64,000 bases of DNA from Bacteroidota bacterium. Lineage in GTDB: Bacteria > Bacteroidota > Ignavibacteria > UBA10030. Below the pieces are notes generated by a model that was not told where the DNA came from, searched no databases, and worked only from the letters and a program-made list of their open reading frames with translations. Position numbers and translations under genes: made by a program. This document shows, piece after piece, positions 9,722-20,177 of the stretch; the first letter of the stretch is position 1; every line of letters starts with the position of its first letter. The stretch lies in contig JBGFRO010000023.1 of the NCBI GenBank assembly GCA_041695085.1, forward strand, positions 70,559 through 134,558, given 5' to 3'.

Positions 9722-10285
9722 ATGGCAACTACGGCAGATTTCCGCATTGGGATGGTCATCAGGTTCAATGGTGAGTTGCATCGAATCGAGGAGTATATCC
9801 ATCGCACGCCCGGCAACCTCCGAGCGTTTGTGCAGGCAAAGCTCAGAAACCTCAAAACCGGTCGGGTAACCGAGAATCGCTTCAGAGCAGGTGAGGAGGT
9901 GGAGGAGGTGCGACTCGAACAGAAAGAGTTCACGTATCTCTACCACGACGGGTCAAGCTATCAGTTCATGGACAAGGAGACGTACGAACAACTTCCCGTC
10001 TCCGAGACCGTGTTGGGAGAAGGGGCGAAGTTTATTAAAGAAGGGGAGACGGTTGTGTTGATGCTCGTTGGGCACGAAGTTGTGAGCGCTGAGTTGCCGT
10101 TTAACGTGGCACTGAAAGTGGTGGAAACAGTTCCGGGGGTTCGGGGGGACACGGCGACCGGAGCGACGAAGCCGGCAAAGGTAGAGACTGGCGCCACGGT
10201 GAACGTCCCGCTGTTCATTAACGAAGGGGATATCATCCGTGTCGATACCCGCTCGGGTGAATACCTCGAACGCGTCAAGAATTGA
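9722..10285 (+). CDS. efp: Elongation factor P
   Basis: MATTADFRIGMVIRFNGELHRIEEY...KLRNLKTGRVTENRF...GATVNVPLFINEGDIIRVDTRSGEYLERV is the canonical EF-P sequence. The listed ORF starts at TTG 9710; the ATG at 9722 gives the typical N-terminus. Confidence 0.9.
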   Translation: MATTADFRIGMVIRFNGELHRIEEYIHRTPGNLRAFVQAKLRNLKTGRVTENRFRAGEEVEEVRLEQKEFTYLYHDGSSYQFMDKETYEQLPVSETVLGEGAKFIKEGETVVLMLVGHEVVSAELPFNVALKVVETVPGVRGDTATGATKPAKVETGATVNVPLFINEGDIIRVDTRSGEYLERVKN

Positions 10286-10372
10286 ATGTTCGGACTCCCT
10301 CCCCGACACGTTGCTCGAGCGTGTCGACGGAGGGAGCTTCGTTTTGTTCCCCACAATGAAAACGGAGAACCG

Positions 10373-10849
10373 ATGGATCTCACCTACATCAAAAAGGTTA
10401 TAAAACTCGTTGAGAAAAGTGAAGTTGATGAAATTGAGATTGAAGAAGAAGGAAAAAAAATCCGCGTAGCCAAGCACCGCAACTCAATGCCCTCGGCTCC
10501 GTTGCAGGCGAGTTATCCTCTGCCGCTCGCCGCCGCGCCAGCCCCTCCTTTGCCCGCCACGGGTACTGTTCCTGCCGCCCCATCTCCACCGACCAAGCCG
10601 GAAAAGAAGTTTCACGAGATCAGGTCGCCGATCGTTGGTACGTTCTACCGCGCCCCTGCTCCGGACGCGGAGAATTACGTCGAGGTGGGTCAGGAAGTAA
10701 AAGTTGGCACCGTGCTCTGCATCGTTGAAGCCATGAAACTTATGAACGAAATCGAGTCGGATGTCAACGGCCGAGTCGCTCAAATCCTCGTCGAAAACGG
10801 GAAGCCGGTTGAGTACAACCAGGTGCTGTTCCTGATCGAGCCGTCCTAA
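10373..10849 (+). CDS. accB: Biotin carboxyl carrier protein of acetyl-CoA carboxylase
   Basis: An Ala/Pro-rich linker precedes the biotinyl domain ...[15 protein letters not shown]...[22 protein letters not shown] (EAMKLMN biotin-attachment motif). The ATG at 10373 lies after the efp stop; the longer ORF from 10286 is likely a read-through artefact. Confidence 0.9.
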   Translation: MDLTYIKKVIKLVEKSEVDEIEIEEEGKKIRVAKHRNSMPSAPLQASYPLPLAAAPAPPLPATGTVPAAPSPPTKPEKKFHEIRSPIVGTFYRAPAPDAENYVEVGQEVKVGTVLCIVEAMKLMNEIESDVNGRVAQILVENGKPVEYNQVLFLIEPS

Positions 10850-10918
10850 ACTATACTCCTCCATCACGGTGGGTGGGACGTTCACGTACGATCATCTGAT
10901 CACTTCAAGGGACTACGC

Positions 10919-12265
10919 TTGTTTAAGAAGATATTGATTGCGAACCGTGGGGAAATTGCCCTGCGCGTGATTCGTGCCTGTCGTGAATTGGGCATTAAGA
11001 CGGTTGCCGTCTATTCAGAAGCAGATCGATATTCGCTGCACGTAAAGTTTGCCGACGAAGCGGTCTGTATTGGTCCTCCTCCAAGCAAGGAAAGCTACCT
11101 CAGCATTCCGCGTCTGATCGCTGCGGCGGAAGTTACCAACGCCGACGCCATTCATCCGGGCTATGGGTTTCTGGCGGAGAATGCCAATTTCGCGGAAATC
11201 TGTGCGACATCCGGCTTGACCTTTATCGGGCCGAAGCCGGATGCGATCAGCGCCATGGGGGATAAGGCTCTTGCGAAAGAGACCATGCGCAAGGCGGGCG
11301 TTCCGGTCGTGCCGGGTAGTGATGGCGTTATCACCGACTTTAACGAAGCGAAGAAGATAGCGGGCGAGATCGGATATCCAATCATTATCAAAGCCACGGC
11401 AGGTGGTGGCGGACGGGGAATGAGGATTGTGCGGGAGGGGGGTGATCTGGAAAACGCCTTCCGAACCGCCAGTCACGAAGCCGAGACGGCATTCGGCAAT
11501 CCATCCGTCTATATCGAGAAATATCTTGACGAGCCGCGCCATATCGAGATACAAGTCATGGGAGATCGGTATGGGAATGTGATCCACTTCGGGGAGCGGG
11601 ATTGTTCGATCCAGAGACGACATCAGAAGCTTGTGGAGGAGGCCCCTTCTCCTGCCTTAACGCCAGAATTACGTGAAGCGATGGGAGCCGCGGCAGTGAA
11701 GGGATCGAAGAGCGTGAATTACCTCGGTGCGGGGACGATAGAATTCCTACTCGATAAGCATAAGCACTTCTACTTTATGGAGATGAATACGCGCATTCAG
11801 GTGGAGCATCCCGTTACGGAAGAAGTGTACGGCGTCGATTTGGTGAAGATGCAGATCGAGGTCGCGGCGGGAGAGCGGCTCAAGAAGGCGAAGCCAAAAC
11901 CGCAGTGGCACGCTATCGAATGCCGCATCAACGCCGAGGATCCAGACCATGATTTCCGTCCCTCTCCCGGAAAAATCTCCACACTTCACTTTCCCGGCGG
12001 CATCGGCGTGCGGGTGGACACCCACGCCTATGACGGCTATGAAATTCCTCCGTATTATGACTCGCTCGTTGCCAAACTCATCGTCCGCAGTAGGACCAGA
12101 GAGGAGGCAATCGATAAAATGTATCTGGCGTTGGACGAATTTGTGGTGGAGGGAATCAAAACGACCATTCCGTTTCACAAGAAACTTATGAAAAACGAGA
12201 AGTTCCGGAGCGGGAAGTTCGATACCAAGTTTGTGGAGACGTTCGACTTCAAAGAGAAGGCGTAG
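10919..12265 (+). CDS. accC: Biotin carboxylase subunit of acetyl-CoA carboxylase
   Basis: 448 aa; [36 protein letters not shown]..., ATP-grasp motifs and the [14 protein letters not shown] motif. Confidence 0.92.
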   Translation: MFKKILIANRGEIALRVIRACRELGIKTVAVYSEADRYSLHVKFADEAVCIGPPPSKESYLSIPRLIAAAEVTNADAIHPGYGFLAENANFAEICATSGLTFIGPKPDAISAMGDKALAKETMRKAGVPVVPGSDGVITDFNEAKKIAGEIGYPIIIKATAGGGGRGMRIVREGGDLENAFRTASHEAETAFGNPSVYIEKYLDEPRHIEIQVMGDRYGNVIHFGERDCSIQRRHQKLVEEAPSPALTPELREAMGAAAVKGSKSVNYLGAGTIEFLLDKHKHFYFMEMNTRIQVEHPVTEEVYGVDLVKMQIEVAAGERLKKAKPKPQWHAIECRINAEDPDHDFRPSPGKISTLHFPGGIGVRVDTHAYDGYEIPPYYDSLVAKLIVRSRTREEAIDKMYLALDEFVVEGIKTTIPFHKKLMKNEKFRSGKFDTKFVETFDFKEKA

Positions 12266-12434
12266 AGACAGAGGGTATGCGGTAGGTGGACGGAGCTTTT
12301 CTCCTGTGAAAAAAATCCGTACTGTTCATCTATTGAGTTTCCGCAGCTAGTACTCTTGGAATGTCGTAACCTCAATCATCAGCTCAATCCCGAAATCAGG
12401 CGGGTCATTTTCTCACACCTCATCACAATGGAAC

Positions 12435-12815
12435 ATGGATTTCCCATCGAATCTCAAATACACGAAGGATCACGAGTGGATACGCGTCGACGGAGAATTT
12501 GGATGGGTTGGCATAACGGATTATGCGCAGGGGGAATTGGGAGATGTTGTTTTTGTCGAGCTTCCCGCGGTCGGCACCAAGGTCGAACGGGGCAAAGCGT
12601 TCGGCACCATCGAAGCTGTCAAGGCGGTCTCTGATCTGTACGCTCCTGTTAGCGGAGAAGTCGTCGAGTTGAACAAAGCCGTACAGGATCGTCCCGAACT
12701 CGTCAACAAAGAGCCGTACGAAGGCGGATGGATGATCAAGATGAAATTGAGCAAGGCTGAGGAACTGGACGAGCTTCTGGATGCCGAGGCCTACAAAACA
12801 TTGATCGCGAAGTAA
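12435..12815 (+). CDS. gcvH: Glycine cleavage system H protein
   Basis: 126 aa; YTKDHEWIRVDG...GITDYAQGELGDVVFVELP...GTIEAVKAVSDLYAPVSGEV (lipoyl-lysine motif). Confidence 0.9.
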   Translation: MDFPSNLKYTKDHEWIRVDGEFGWVGITDYAQGELGDVVFVELPAVGTKVERGKAFGTIEAVKAVSDLYAPVSGEVVELNKAVQDRPELVNKEPYEGGWMIKMKLSKAEELDELLDAEAYKTLIAK

Positions 12816-12903
12816 ACGGACGAAGCGCACTGCCCAGCTCCAGCCAGGTACTTCGTCTTGGAGCAGTCGGCAGTGATGGCGTTTTCGCTGACCATTTCTG
12901 CCC

Positions 12904-15657
12904 TTGTCTTTTCTCTGTTTCGGCTGGTTACCGCGAGGGTCGATGCATGGTGCGCTCTTGCCCGCTTGTGATATCAATTTCGTGCATATGACAGGAACGT
13001 CTGCTACGAGACATTCTTCCTCATGGTTTGGAACGATTGATCGGACGCAACGGAATCTTGCCCTCGTTCTTGCCTGCATCCTCCTCCCGACGTTCGTCGG
13101 TCTTGCCATTCTCTTTGTTCAATTGTTCGATGCAGCAACGCGCGGTCGTGAGGAATATGCCGTATCCACCCGGCGTGACACGCTCCTGCTCTCTACCTAT
13201 CGGACTGCTTTAGAACTCTCCAACCTTCTGCTTTCGGCGCGTGAAATGCTCGCGGCCGATGAAGCGTCGACACTTTATTTGGAAACGGTAGCGGACCGAC
13301 TCAGGATGGAACGTGGGGAGTATGAGAGGCTTCTTCCGCTCTCCCCTTCAAATGTGCGCGATACGCTTGCTGCACGCTTTGCGCGTTATTCTTCAGACAT
13401 CGACCTTCTCCTCGCAAGCGAAAAAGAGATCAAGGGGCCGACTCGTCTGAGTACACAAACGTCTCGGAATAATCTGTCCGTCACGTCCTTTGTGCCTCGA
13501 ACCACGGAAATGCTCCATGAGCTTCGTGGGTCGTTTCAATATCTGTTGGAGGCCGAATTAGAGGAGAATGTCGTCCGGGTCTCCGAATCGGAAGAGCGGG
13601 TCTCGAACATTGCTTTTCGTACGTTCGGCTTTTCGATCATCTTGTTCATTGTCGGGAGTGGCCTCGCCTTCTTTCTTCTTCGGAAGGAGGGGAAGTCGGC
13701 TGAAGCTTCGCTTCGATTCTACACCATCTTGCAGAACTCCATCAATCCTATCGAGGTGATCAATGCGCAGGGAAGGGTTGTCTATGTGAACCCCGCCTTC
13801 GAGCGGTGGGCCCGCGTGCGGATCAAAGATGTGCTTGGTTCCCACGCGTTCGAGAGTGTGCGGCGACTCAACTCGCCGCAACAGAACGGTTCGTTCTGGG
13901 AGGCGGTTGTCAACGAATTGCGGCAAGGCAAGGTCTGGTCAAGCGATGTGGAAGTTGTGCGTGATCGGGGTGAGGTCACGTTCGCCTTCCTGATTGTTTC
14001 GCCGGTTCTGGACCAGTCGGGAGATTTCGTAGAATGCATTGCGATCTACCACGACATAACCGAGCGAAAGGAGTTGGCGAGGAAGTTTGAAGAATCGCAG
14101 GAGAAATACCAAAACATCGTCGAAAGCTCACTTGATGGGATCGTGATCGTGCAGGATGGGAGGTTGGTCTTCGCGAACTCTTCGGCTATGAAAATCTTCG
14201 GATATACATCGACCGAAGAGATGCGATCTGTGAGTTTCACCGACACGGTAGCACCCGCCAGTCGCTTCTTCGTCTTAGAGGGGTATCAAAAAGGAAAATT
14301 AATCGGCGAAGATATTCTGCGCAATTATGAGCTCAAGGGTTTGACAAAGCAGGGTAAGATCATCGACCTCGAGGTGAACGCGAAGCTTGTTTCGTGGAAC
14401 GGTCGACCGGCAGTACAGGCTTCTTTTCGCGACATCACGGAGCGGAAAGCGCTTGAGCGGGACCAGGCGCTCTGGCTCTGGGAACATGAGACGATGAGCA
14501 CGATCGACCGGCAGCTTGTGTCGACCGTCGACCTGCAAAAAGTGCTGGAGACGATCTCGCATCATGCGAAGATTCTTACTCGTGCTGATTGGGCCGGTGT
14601 GATGTTGATCGATCCCACGACCAACAGCGCGCAGTGGAGGGCCGCAAAAGGGAATGAGCTCCCGTTGCCGTCCGAACCATTCCGTTTGGGTGAAACACAT
14701 GCGACCATCGCTCAAAGTCGGGAGGCACTGGTGATTCAGGATTTCGGGAACAACCCGCGTTTTCCGGTAGAGGAGTTTCCCCCCTTCAAGGAGGAGCACA
14801 TTATCTCTGCCGCCCGGTTTCCCCTTGTGGTCGAAAAGGAAATACGAGGGCAGTTAATGGTCGGCTATCGACAGCATCATGAGTTTTCGCCGCGAGAACT
14901 GCGCCTTCTGAGCTCTCTGGCTGAAAAATCATCGATTGCCCTTGCTAATGCGCAGCTGTATGATGACTTGCTGTCGCGTGAGAAGGAGCTCGAGCATTTG
15001 TCGGGAGCCCGCGTACGCGCGCAGGAGGAGGAGCGGCGTCGCATTGCACGCGAAATTCACGATAGCCTTGGCCAGATGCTTACGGCGATCAAGTTCAATA
15101 TAGAAATCCTCGAGGATTCGTCCAATCTCCAGCGACCGGAAGATCAACAGCGTCTGGCCGATATTAAGGGCCTTCTCGATAGTGCGATGGAGGAAGCGCG
15201 AGAGATTTCATATAACCTCATGCCGAGCGTGTTGGTCGATTTCGGATTGGTTCCGGCGCTCCAGCTTCTCTGTGATCAGTTTGCCAAGCGCAACTCACTG
15301 AAACTAAGCTTCCACTCCAGCGGCATCGACGATCGCCTCGATCGCGCGGTAGAGATCGGTTTGTTCCGGATCGCGCAGGAGGCCCTCAATAACATTGCAA
15401 AACACGCACACGCGGCAGAGGTGAACGTGCAGTTGATCGGTGACGGCGAGCACCTGCGGCTCCTCATCGATGATGATGGACGCGGTTTCAAGATCAGCGC
15501 GTTCGATCAGATGAGGGGTGACCGGCATGGGATGGGACTGGTGAGTATGCGGGAGCGAGCGACGTCGTTTCAGGGCAGCTTCGTCATCGATTCCAAACCA
15601 GGGCGGGGAACGGAGATTATTGTCGAGATACCCTTGAAGCATTCGAATGGCAACTAA
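12904..15657 (+). CDS. Membrane-anchored multi-sensor histidine kinase (PAS domains, GAF, HisKA_3 dimerisation domain, HATPase_c)
   Basis: 917-aa ORF with a TM segment LALVLACILLPTFVGLAILFVQLF, PAS-like repeats (INPIEVINAQGRVVYVNPAF..., LDGIVIVQDGRLVFANSSAM...), a GAF-like region, the HisKA_3 H-box RRRIAREIHDSLGQ and the ATPase GRGTEI. The start is uncertain (12904, 12943 or 12988). Confidence 0.8.
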   Translation: MSFLCFGWLPRGSMHGALLPACDINFVHMTGTSATRHSSSWFGTIDRTQRNLALVLACILLPTFVGLAILFVQLFDAATRGREEYAVSTRRDTLLLSTYRTALELSNLLLSAREMLAADEASTLYLETVADRLRMERGEYERLLPLSPSNVRDTLAARFARYSSDIDLLLASEKEIKGPTRLSTQTSRNNLSVTSFVPRTTEMLHELRGSFQYLLEAELEENVVRVSESEERVSNIAFRTFGFSIILFIVGSGLAFFLLRKEGKSAEASLRFYTILQNSINPIEVINAQGRVVYVNPAFERWARVRIKDVLGSHAFESVRRLNSPQQNGSFWEAVVNELRQGKVWSSDVEVVRDRGEVTFAFLIVSPVLDQSGDFVECIAIYHDITERKELARKFEESQEKYQNIVESSLDGIVIVQDGRLVFANSSAMKIFGYTSTEEMRSVSFTDTVAPASRFFVLEGYQKGKLIGEDILRNYELKGLTKQGKIIDLEVNAKLVSWNGRPAVQASFRDITERKALERDQALWLWEHETMSTIDRQLVSTVDLQKVLETISHHAKILTRADWAGVMLIDPTTNSAQWRAAKGNELPLPSEPFRLGETHATIAQSREALVIQDFGNNPRFPVEEFPPFKEEHIISAARFPLVVEKEIRGQLMVGYRQHHEFSPRELRLLSSLAEKSSIALANAQLYDDLLSREKELEHLSGARVRAQEEERRRIAREIHDSLGQMLTAIKFNIEILEDSSNLQRPEDQQRLADIKGLLDSAMEEAREISYNLMPSVLVDFGLVPALQLLCDQFAKRNSLKLSFHSSGIDDRLDRAVEIGLFRIAQEALNNIAKHAHAAEVNVQLIGDGEHLRLLIDDDGRGFKISAFDQMRGDRHGMGLVSMRERATSFQGSFVIDSKPGRGTEIIVEIPLKHSNGN

Positions 15658-16339
15658 CAAGATACGTATCCTCCTTGCAGACGATCACGCGCTGATTCGC
15701 AGCGGGATTGCGACGCTTCTACAGGGCGCGAACGACTTGGAAGTGGTTGGGGAGGCTTCCGACGGGGAGGAAGCGATCGAGAAGACACAATTGTTAAAAC
15801 CCGACGTCGTCGTCATCGATCTTTCGATGCCGCGTCTCTCGGGCATTGAAGCGACGAAAGTCATCACGCGCCGGTTTCCCGCCGTGCACGTTCTGGTTCT
15901 GACGATGCACGAGAATGAGGAATACGTCTATCAAATCCTCCGCTCGGGAGCGTCGGGCTATGTCTTGAAGAGCGCCGGGAAGGATGAGCTCTCAACCGCC
16001 ATTCGCGCAGTTGCGAAGGGGGAAAAGTTTTTCAGCCCGCGTGTCTCGGAAATCATGGCGGAAGGATATGTAAGAAGAGCGGACGGAGAAGCCCCCTCGT
16101 CACGGTCGGAAGTGCCGCTCACGAAACGGGAGCGAGAGATCCTTGCACTGGTTGTTCAAGGTCTCACCAATCAGCAGATTGCGAATATGCTTTACATCAG
16201 TCCCCGCACGGTTGATACGCATCGCACGAACATTATGCAGAAGCTGGATATTCACGACCTCGCCAACCTTGTTCGGTTTGCAATCGATCATGGTCTCCTC
16301 ACCAAGCAAGACGATCGACCGAGCGAAGAAAAGAAGTAA
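15647..16339 (+). CDS. NarL/FixJ-family response regulator (REC + LuxR-type HTH)
   Basis: IRILLADDHALIRSGI...DVVVIDLSMP receiver, then LTKREREILALVVQGLTNQQIANMLYISPRTVDTHRTNIMQKL HTH. It overlaps the kinase stop by 11 nt. Confidence 0.88.
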   Translation: MATNKIRILLADDHALIRSGIATLLQGANDLEVVGEASDGEEAIEKTQLLKPDVVVIDLSMPRLSGIEATKVITRRFPAVHVLVLTMHENEEYVYQILRSGASGYVLKSAGKDELSTAIRAVAKGEKFFSPRVSEIMAEGYVRRADGEAPSSRSEVPLTKREREILALVVQGLTNQQIANMLYISPRTVDTHRTNIMQKLDIHDLANLVRFAIDHGLLTKQDDRPSEEKK

Positions 16340-16410
16340 TTCGTACAGCTCATCACAGTCAGTGAGCGAGCCGAAGACCCAGAAGGTGTTGATCGCCTGA
16401 ACAAGACCCC

Positions 16411-17784
16411 CTATGTCGAAATCTTGTACTTCTTCAGGAGTCGATAAAAAGTCGCCCTTCCGATTTTCAATTTCCGTGCTGCTTCGACGATGTTTCCCTC
16501 CGTCACCTTCAACGCATGCCGGATGGCTTCCTCTTTCAACTGCTCGATCGGTTTGATGATATCTGAGGATGGGGAGAGAAGGGAGGAGTTCTCCTCCTCG
16601 TGCATACCGAACGTCTGAAGTGCAAGCGGGAGGTCTTTTTCCATGATGGTGTGACCATCCGCCATCAGCACAGCGCGTTGCACGGCATTTTCTAGCTCCC
16701 TCACGTTCCCCGGCCAGGGATATTCGTACAGTAGCCGGAGCGCTTTCTTCGAAAAGCCCATGCGCGATCTTCCAACATCGTTTGCAAACCTTGTCAGAAA
16801 ATGCTCGGCAAGCAAGAGGATATCCGACTTTCGTTCCCGCAAGGGGGGAAGAATAATCGGAAACGTTGCCAGGCGGAAGTACAGGTCTTCACGAAACTCC
16901 TTCACTTGGATCGCCTTCATCAAGTCCCGGTTGGTTGCCGATATGACGCGGACGTCAGACGTCAGCGTTTCGTTCCCGCCGACACGCTCGAACTGTTTGG
17001 TTTGGATGACACGCAGGAGCTTTGCCTGTAGACTGAGATCGAGTTCTCCGATCTCGTCGAGGAAGATGGTTCCGCCATTTGCCTGTTCGAATTTCCCGAT
17101 GCGGCGCTGGTAGGCCCCGGTGAAGGAACCCTTCTCATGACCGAACAATTCGCTTTCAAGCAGATCTTTCGGGATGGACGCGCAGTTTACCACCACAAAC
17201 GGCTCGTTCTTTCGCTTCCCATTGTAGTGAATGGCACGGGCGATCAGCTCCTTGCCTGTACCGCTCTCCCCCAAAACCAACACGCAAATATCGCTGTCCT
17301 TCACCTTATGCACTAACTTGAACACTTCCTGCATGGCACCGCTGTGGGAGACGATATTGTCGAAATGGGCAGGCTTTTCCATCGCCTCGCGTAGCCTCTG
17401 GACTTCTCTTGCGAGATCGTGGGTCTGAATGGCGTTCTTAAGTGAGACCTCAAGTTTGGCAAAATCGACCGGTTTGCTGTAGTAGTCCATCGCGCCGAGT
17501 TTGAGTGTCTCGATCGCAACCTCCACTTTCCCCTGAGCCGAAAGCATGATGACGGGGAGGTCGGGATAACGCTGTTTGATCTCTGTCAGCGTTTCCACAC
17601 CCCCGATGCCAGGCAACATGATGTCGAGCAAGACGACGTCGGGGACCTCGATCAAAGATTCGAGGAGCGCTTCACCGCTCCGGAAGAGCTTTGTTTCGTA
17701 TCCCCATTTCTTTGAGATCCAGTGTTCCAACAAACGAAGGATCGTTTCTTCGTCATCGACAACGTACACGAGACGATTGGGCAT
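16411..17784 (-). CDS. Sigma-54-dependent transcriptional activator (NtrC family: REC + AAA+ sigma-54 interaction domain + Fis-type HTH)
   Basis: 457 aa; receiver YVVDDEETILRLL...LLDIMLPG, Walker A GESGTGKE, the GAFTGA-type loop (EKGSFTGAY), ESELFGHEKG and a C-terminal HTH GNIVEAARKLKIGRATFYRLLKKY. Confidence 0.9.
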   Translation of the reverse strand: MPNRLVYVVDDEETILRLLEHWISKKWGYETKLFRSGEALLESLIEVPDVVLLDIMLPGIGGVETLTEIKQRYPDLPVIMLSAQGKVEVAIETLKLGAMDYYSKPVDFAKLEVSLKNAIQTHDLAREVQRLREAMEKPAHFDNIVSHSGAMQEVFKLVHKVKDSDICVLVLGESGTGKELIARAIHYNGKRKNEPFVVVNCASIPKDLLESELFGHEKGSFTGAYQRRIGKFEQANGGTIFLDEIGELDLSLQAKLLRVIQTKQFERVGGNETLTSDVRVISATNRDLMKAIQVKEFREDLYFRLATFPIILPPLRERKSDILLLAEHFLTRFANDVGRSRMGFSKKALRLLYEYPWPGNVRELENAVQRAVLMADGHTIMEKDLPLALQTFGMHEEENSSLLSPSSDIIKPIEQLKEEAIRHALKVTEGNIVEAARKLKIGRATFYRLLKKYKIST

Positions 17785-17811
17785 AAGAGGTTCCTCGGAT
17801 TAGATTGAGTG

Positions 17812-18576
17812 TCAGTCAAGAGATAGTTGCAGGAGGAAACGGAGAGCGTTTTGCTCCGTCATCTCCAGCATCAATTTGCCGTCTTGGATTTCGATCAAGT
17901 GTTGAGCGAAAGCAAATCCAATCCCTGCCTCACGCAGCTCAACGTCGGGAGCATGGTGCCAAATGAAATCTCTCCTCGCTTCCTTCAGAAGATCGTCCGC
18001 GGATACCACGGGCGTGCGCATGGTGACTGAGAGACTCAAAAGCTTCTCATTCTCATTCATGGTCACTTCAATGATCCCTCGTTTCTGAGAGAGGCGAAGA
18101 ACGTTCAGAAGGAGATTCTGCAGCAGCTGTTGAAACCGGAGTCCATCCACCTTCGCGAAACACGGCGTCGAGGGCATGGAGATCCGACACTCCACGCCGA
18201 GTGCCTTGAACGAGTCGAGAAGCTGTTGCACCGTTTGATGCACGAGGTACCGCACATCTGTCCGTTCTCGATGAAGAAGAATTCGTTCCTGCGAGCTGAA
18301 GGCGACGTTCAGACAATCGTCAATAACATTCGAGAGGCGCTGGCCCTCGCTACGGATGATCTCGGCGAATTTCCTGCGTCGCTCCGCCGGTAGTCTTGCA
18401 TCGCTCAGCATCGCCTCCGCGTAGCCGATGATGGATGTGAGGGGAGTGCGAAGCTCGTGGGAGACTTTCTTGAGGAGTTCGTTTGTGCTCCTTGCTTCTT
18501 TTATGGTCATGACCGAAGAGTGCTTAAGGATCCTGTATGTGGTATGGCCGTCGATCAGCGAACCTCCCCACAACAA
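17812..18576 (-). CDS. Cytoplasmic histidine kinase (HisKA + HATPase_c), probable partner of the NtrC-type regulator
   Basis: H-box KKVSHELRTPLTSIIGYAEAM with N/G-box-like segments downstream. No TM segments. It lies immediately upstream of, and co-directional with, the regulator. The start is ambiguous (18576 or the internal ATG near 18510). Confidence 0.75.
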   Translation of the reverse strand: MLWGGSLIDGHTTYRILKHSSVMTIKEARSTNELLKKVSHELRTPLTSIIGYAEAMLSDARLPAERRRKFAEIIRSEGQRLSNVIDDCLNVAFSSQERILLHRERTDVRYLVHQTVQQLLDSFKALGVECRISMPSTPCFAKVDGLRFQQLLQNLLLNVLRLSQKRGIIEVTMNENEKLLSLSVTMRTPVVSADDLLKEARRDFIWHHAPDVELREAGIGFAFAQHLIEIQDGKLMLEMTEQNALRFLLQLSLD

Positions 18577-18860
18577 GATGAGTCGTTGAATGAAGCCTGC
18601 ATTTGCACTTTCACAATCGCAAGGCCTGTGCCAAAACGAAATTCCTCAAACCAAGCCATTTTCCCCAACAAATACATAGCAAACTGAGCTTGGCTGTTTT
18701 GAAATGAGACTGAAATGGAGACGCATGTACTGTGACTCAACAAAATCCTCTGTTATTTAAACGAAGTTAGGCAATATCAAAATGAATCACCATTGTCAAA
18801 GTGAAACAGTTTAAGGGGCATCTATTATCGAAACCTTAGATTTCCTTAGGAAATCGTGAT

Positions 18861-18876
18861 TGGCACGCCGGTTGTG
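18861..18876 (+). promoter_or_regulatory. Candidate sigma-54 (-24/-12) promoter upstream of the first pilin-like gene
   Basis: TGGCACG-ccgg-TTGT at 18861-18875 against the consensus TGGCACG-N4-TTGC (one mismatch in the -12 GC). It lies about 65 bp upstream of the 18941 ATG, and a sigma-54 activator is encoded divergently next door. A similar weaker element, TGGCATG-N4-TTGA, is at 25220-25234 upstream of subunit 5. Confidence 0.3.
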
Positions 18877-18940
18877 GAACCTATGGCAGACGAAATTGAA
18901 ACTCAACCAAACAAACAATACAATCATCTTGGAGGATGTC

Positions 18941-19441
18941 ATGAAAAAGCTCGCAACGCTGTTCGCCCTTGCCGCCCTGAGCCTGTTGTTCGTCGAAGAA
19001 TCGAATGCCCAGGCTACGGCAAACCAGACCGTTCAATTGACGGTCAATGCAGTCTATAAGATTTCCACCTCCGGCAACCCCGGAGCACTGACGATCAACA
19101 ACGGCACCGCCGGTACGGATGCATTGACGTCGGTGAGCGACAACTCAACGACCTACAACATTACACAAAACGTTGGTAACACGGTGAAGGTGACGGCACA
19201 TTTGAACTCGGCTTTGCCGGCGGGATACACGTTGTCGATCAACCTGGCGAGCACGAAGGGGACAAGTGCAGGGACGGTGGATATTTCGAATGCGACGTCG
19301 GGCAGTGCAGTGGATGTAGTGACGGGGATCGGAATGGGTGCGGATGCGAACCAGACGATTGGCTACACCTTCTCGGCTCTTGCCAGTGCTGGCACGCTTT
19401 CCTCAACCAACAAGACCGTGACGTTAACCCTGACGAATTAA
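18941..19441 (+). CDS. Small secreted pilin-like protein, paralog 1 (signal peptide; SCPU/Csu-like candidate subunit)
   Basis: GGAGGA RBS then ATG; MKKLATLFALAALSLLFVEESNAQA signal peptide. The mature N-terminus TANQTVQLTVNAVYKIS alternates hydrophobic residues, and the C-terminus is NKTVTLTLTN*. Confidence 0.7.
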   Translation: MKKLATLFALAALSLLFVEESNAQATANQTVQLTVNAVYKISTSGNPGALTINNGTAGTDALTSVSDNSTTYNITQNVGNTVKVTAHLNSALPAGYTLSINLASTKGTSAGTVDISNATSGSAVDVVTGIGMGADANQTIGYTFSALASAGTLSSTNKTVTLTLTN

Positions 19442-19514
19442 CGACAGATGCTTCTCCGTTCCGTGGCAGGCCCTACGGCCTCCCACGGATCGGTGTCTGA
19501 AAAGGGCTACGATC

Positions 19515-20024
19515 ATGAAACCGGAAAGGATTTCCATTCTGCTACAGGCGTTGCTTCTTCTTGTGACGGTGCTTGCTCTCCTTGAGACGGCTCACGCGCA
19601 GGGGACGAGTGCACGCCAGGTGGTGACCCTCGAGGTTCTTGAGCTGAATCGAATCGACATAAACATGACATCTTTGACGCTCATTATACAAGACGCCAAC
19701 GCACAAGCCGGCACAACAGTCCCTGCTGCCAACTCAGACGGCGTTCTCTTCTGGATGACGAATGGAGACAACAAGAAGATCACCGTCGCCAGCAACAACG
19801 CCACCCCTCGCTTCGAATTGAAGCTGTTGGCGGCAGACGTCACGCCTCAGGCCGGCGTTCCAGTTCCGGAAATCATTTTTGACGACACCCAGACGAGGGA
19901 TTTCATAACGGGTGTAACGAAGACGTCTGGGCGTTGCCAAATTCGATACACCGCATCGGCGCCGGTCCAGGCTGGCGTCGGTCGCGAGATGTACGTCATC
20001 ACGTATACCATCACCGGAAGTTGA
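19515..20024 (+). CDS. Small secreted pilin-like protein, paralog 2
   Basis: MKPERISILLQALLLLVTVLALLETAHAQ signal peptide; mature start GTSARQVVTLEVLELNRIDIN; C-terminus REMYVITYTITGS*. Confidence 0.7.
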   Translation: MKPERISILLQALLLLVTVLALLETAHAQGTSARQVVTLEVLELNRIDINMTSLTLIIQDANAQAGTTVPAANSDGVLFWMTNGDNKKITVASNNATPRFELKLLAADVTPQAGVPVPEIIFDDTQTRDFITGVTKTSGRCQIRYTASAPVQAGVGREMYVITYTITGS

Positions 20025-20177
20025 GGCAGGAGGGTTCTCTTGCTCTGTCCTCCAAGGACGACCAGCGCGAGTGAAGGTGGGAAGCATTCCACCTTCCTCC
20101 GCTTGAATCTCAGAGCGAGACGAGATATATTGGGTCAACTTTCTTCAACCAGTTCGGCGTATGTTCTTTTTGAGACG

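Noticed and set aside
12266-12434. Glycine riboswitch upstream of gcvH
   Set aside because: No GGAGAG...CUCUGGAGAG / ACCGAAGGGGCAA-type conserved cores are visible in the 170-bp leader.
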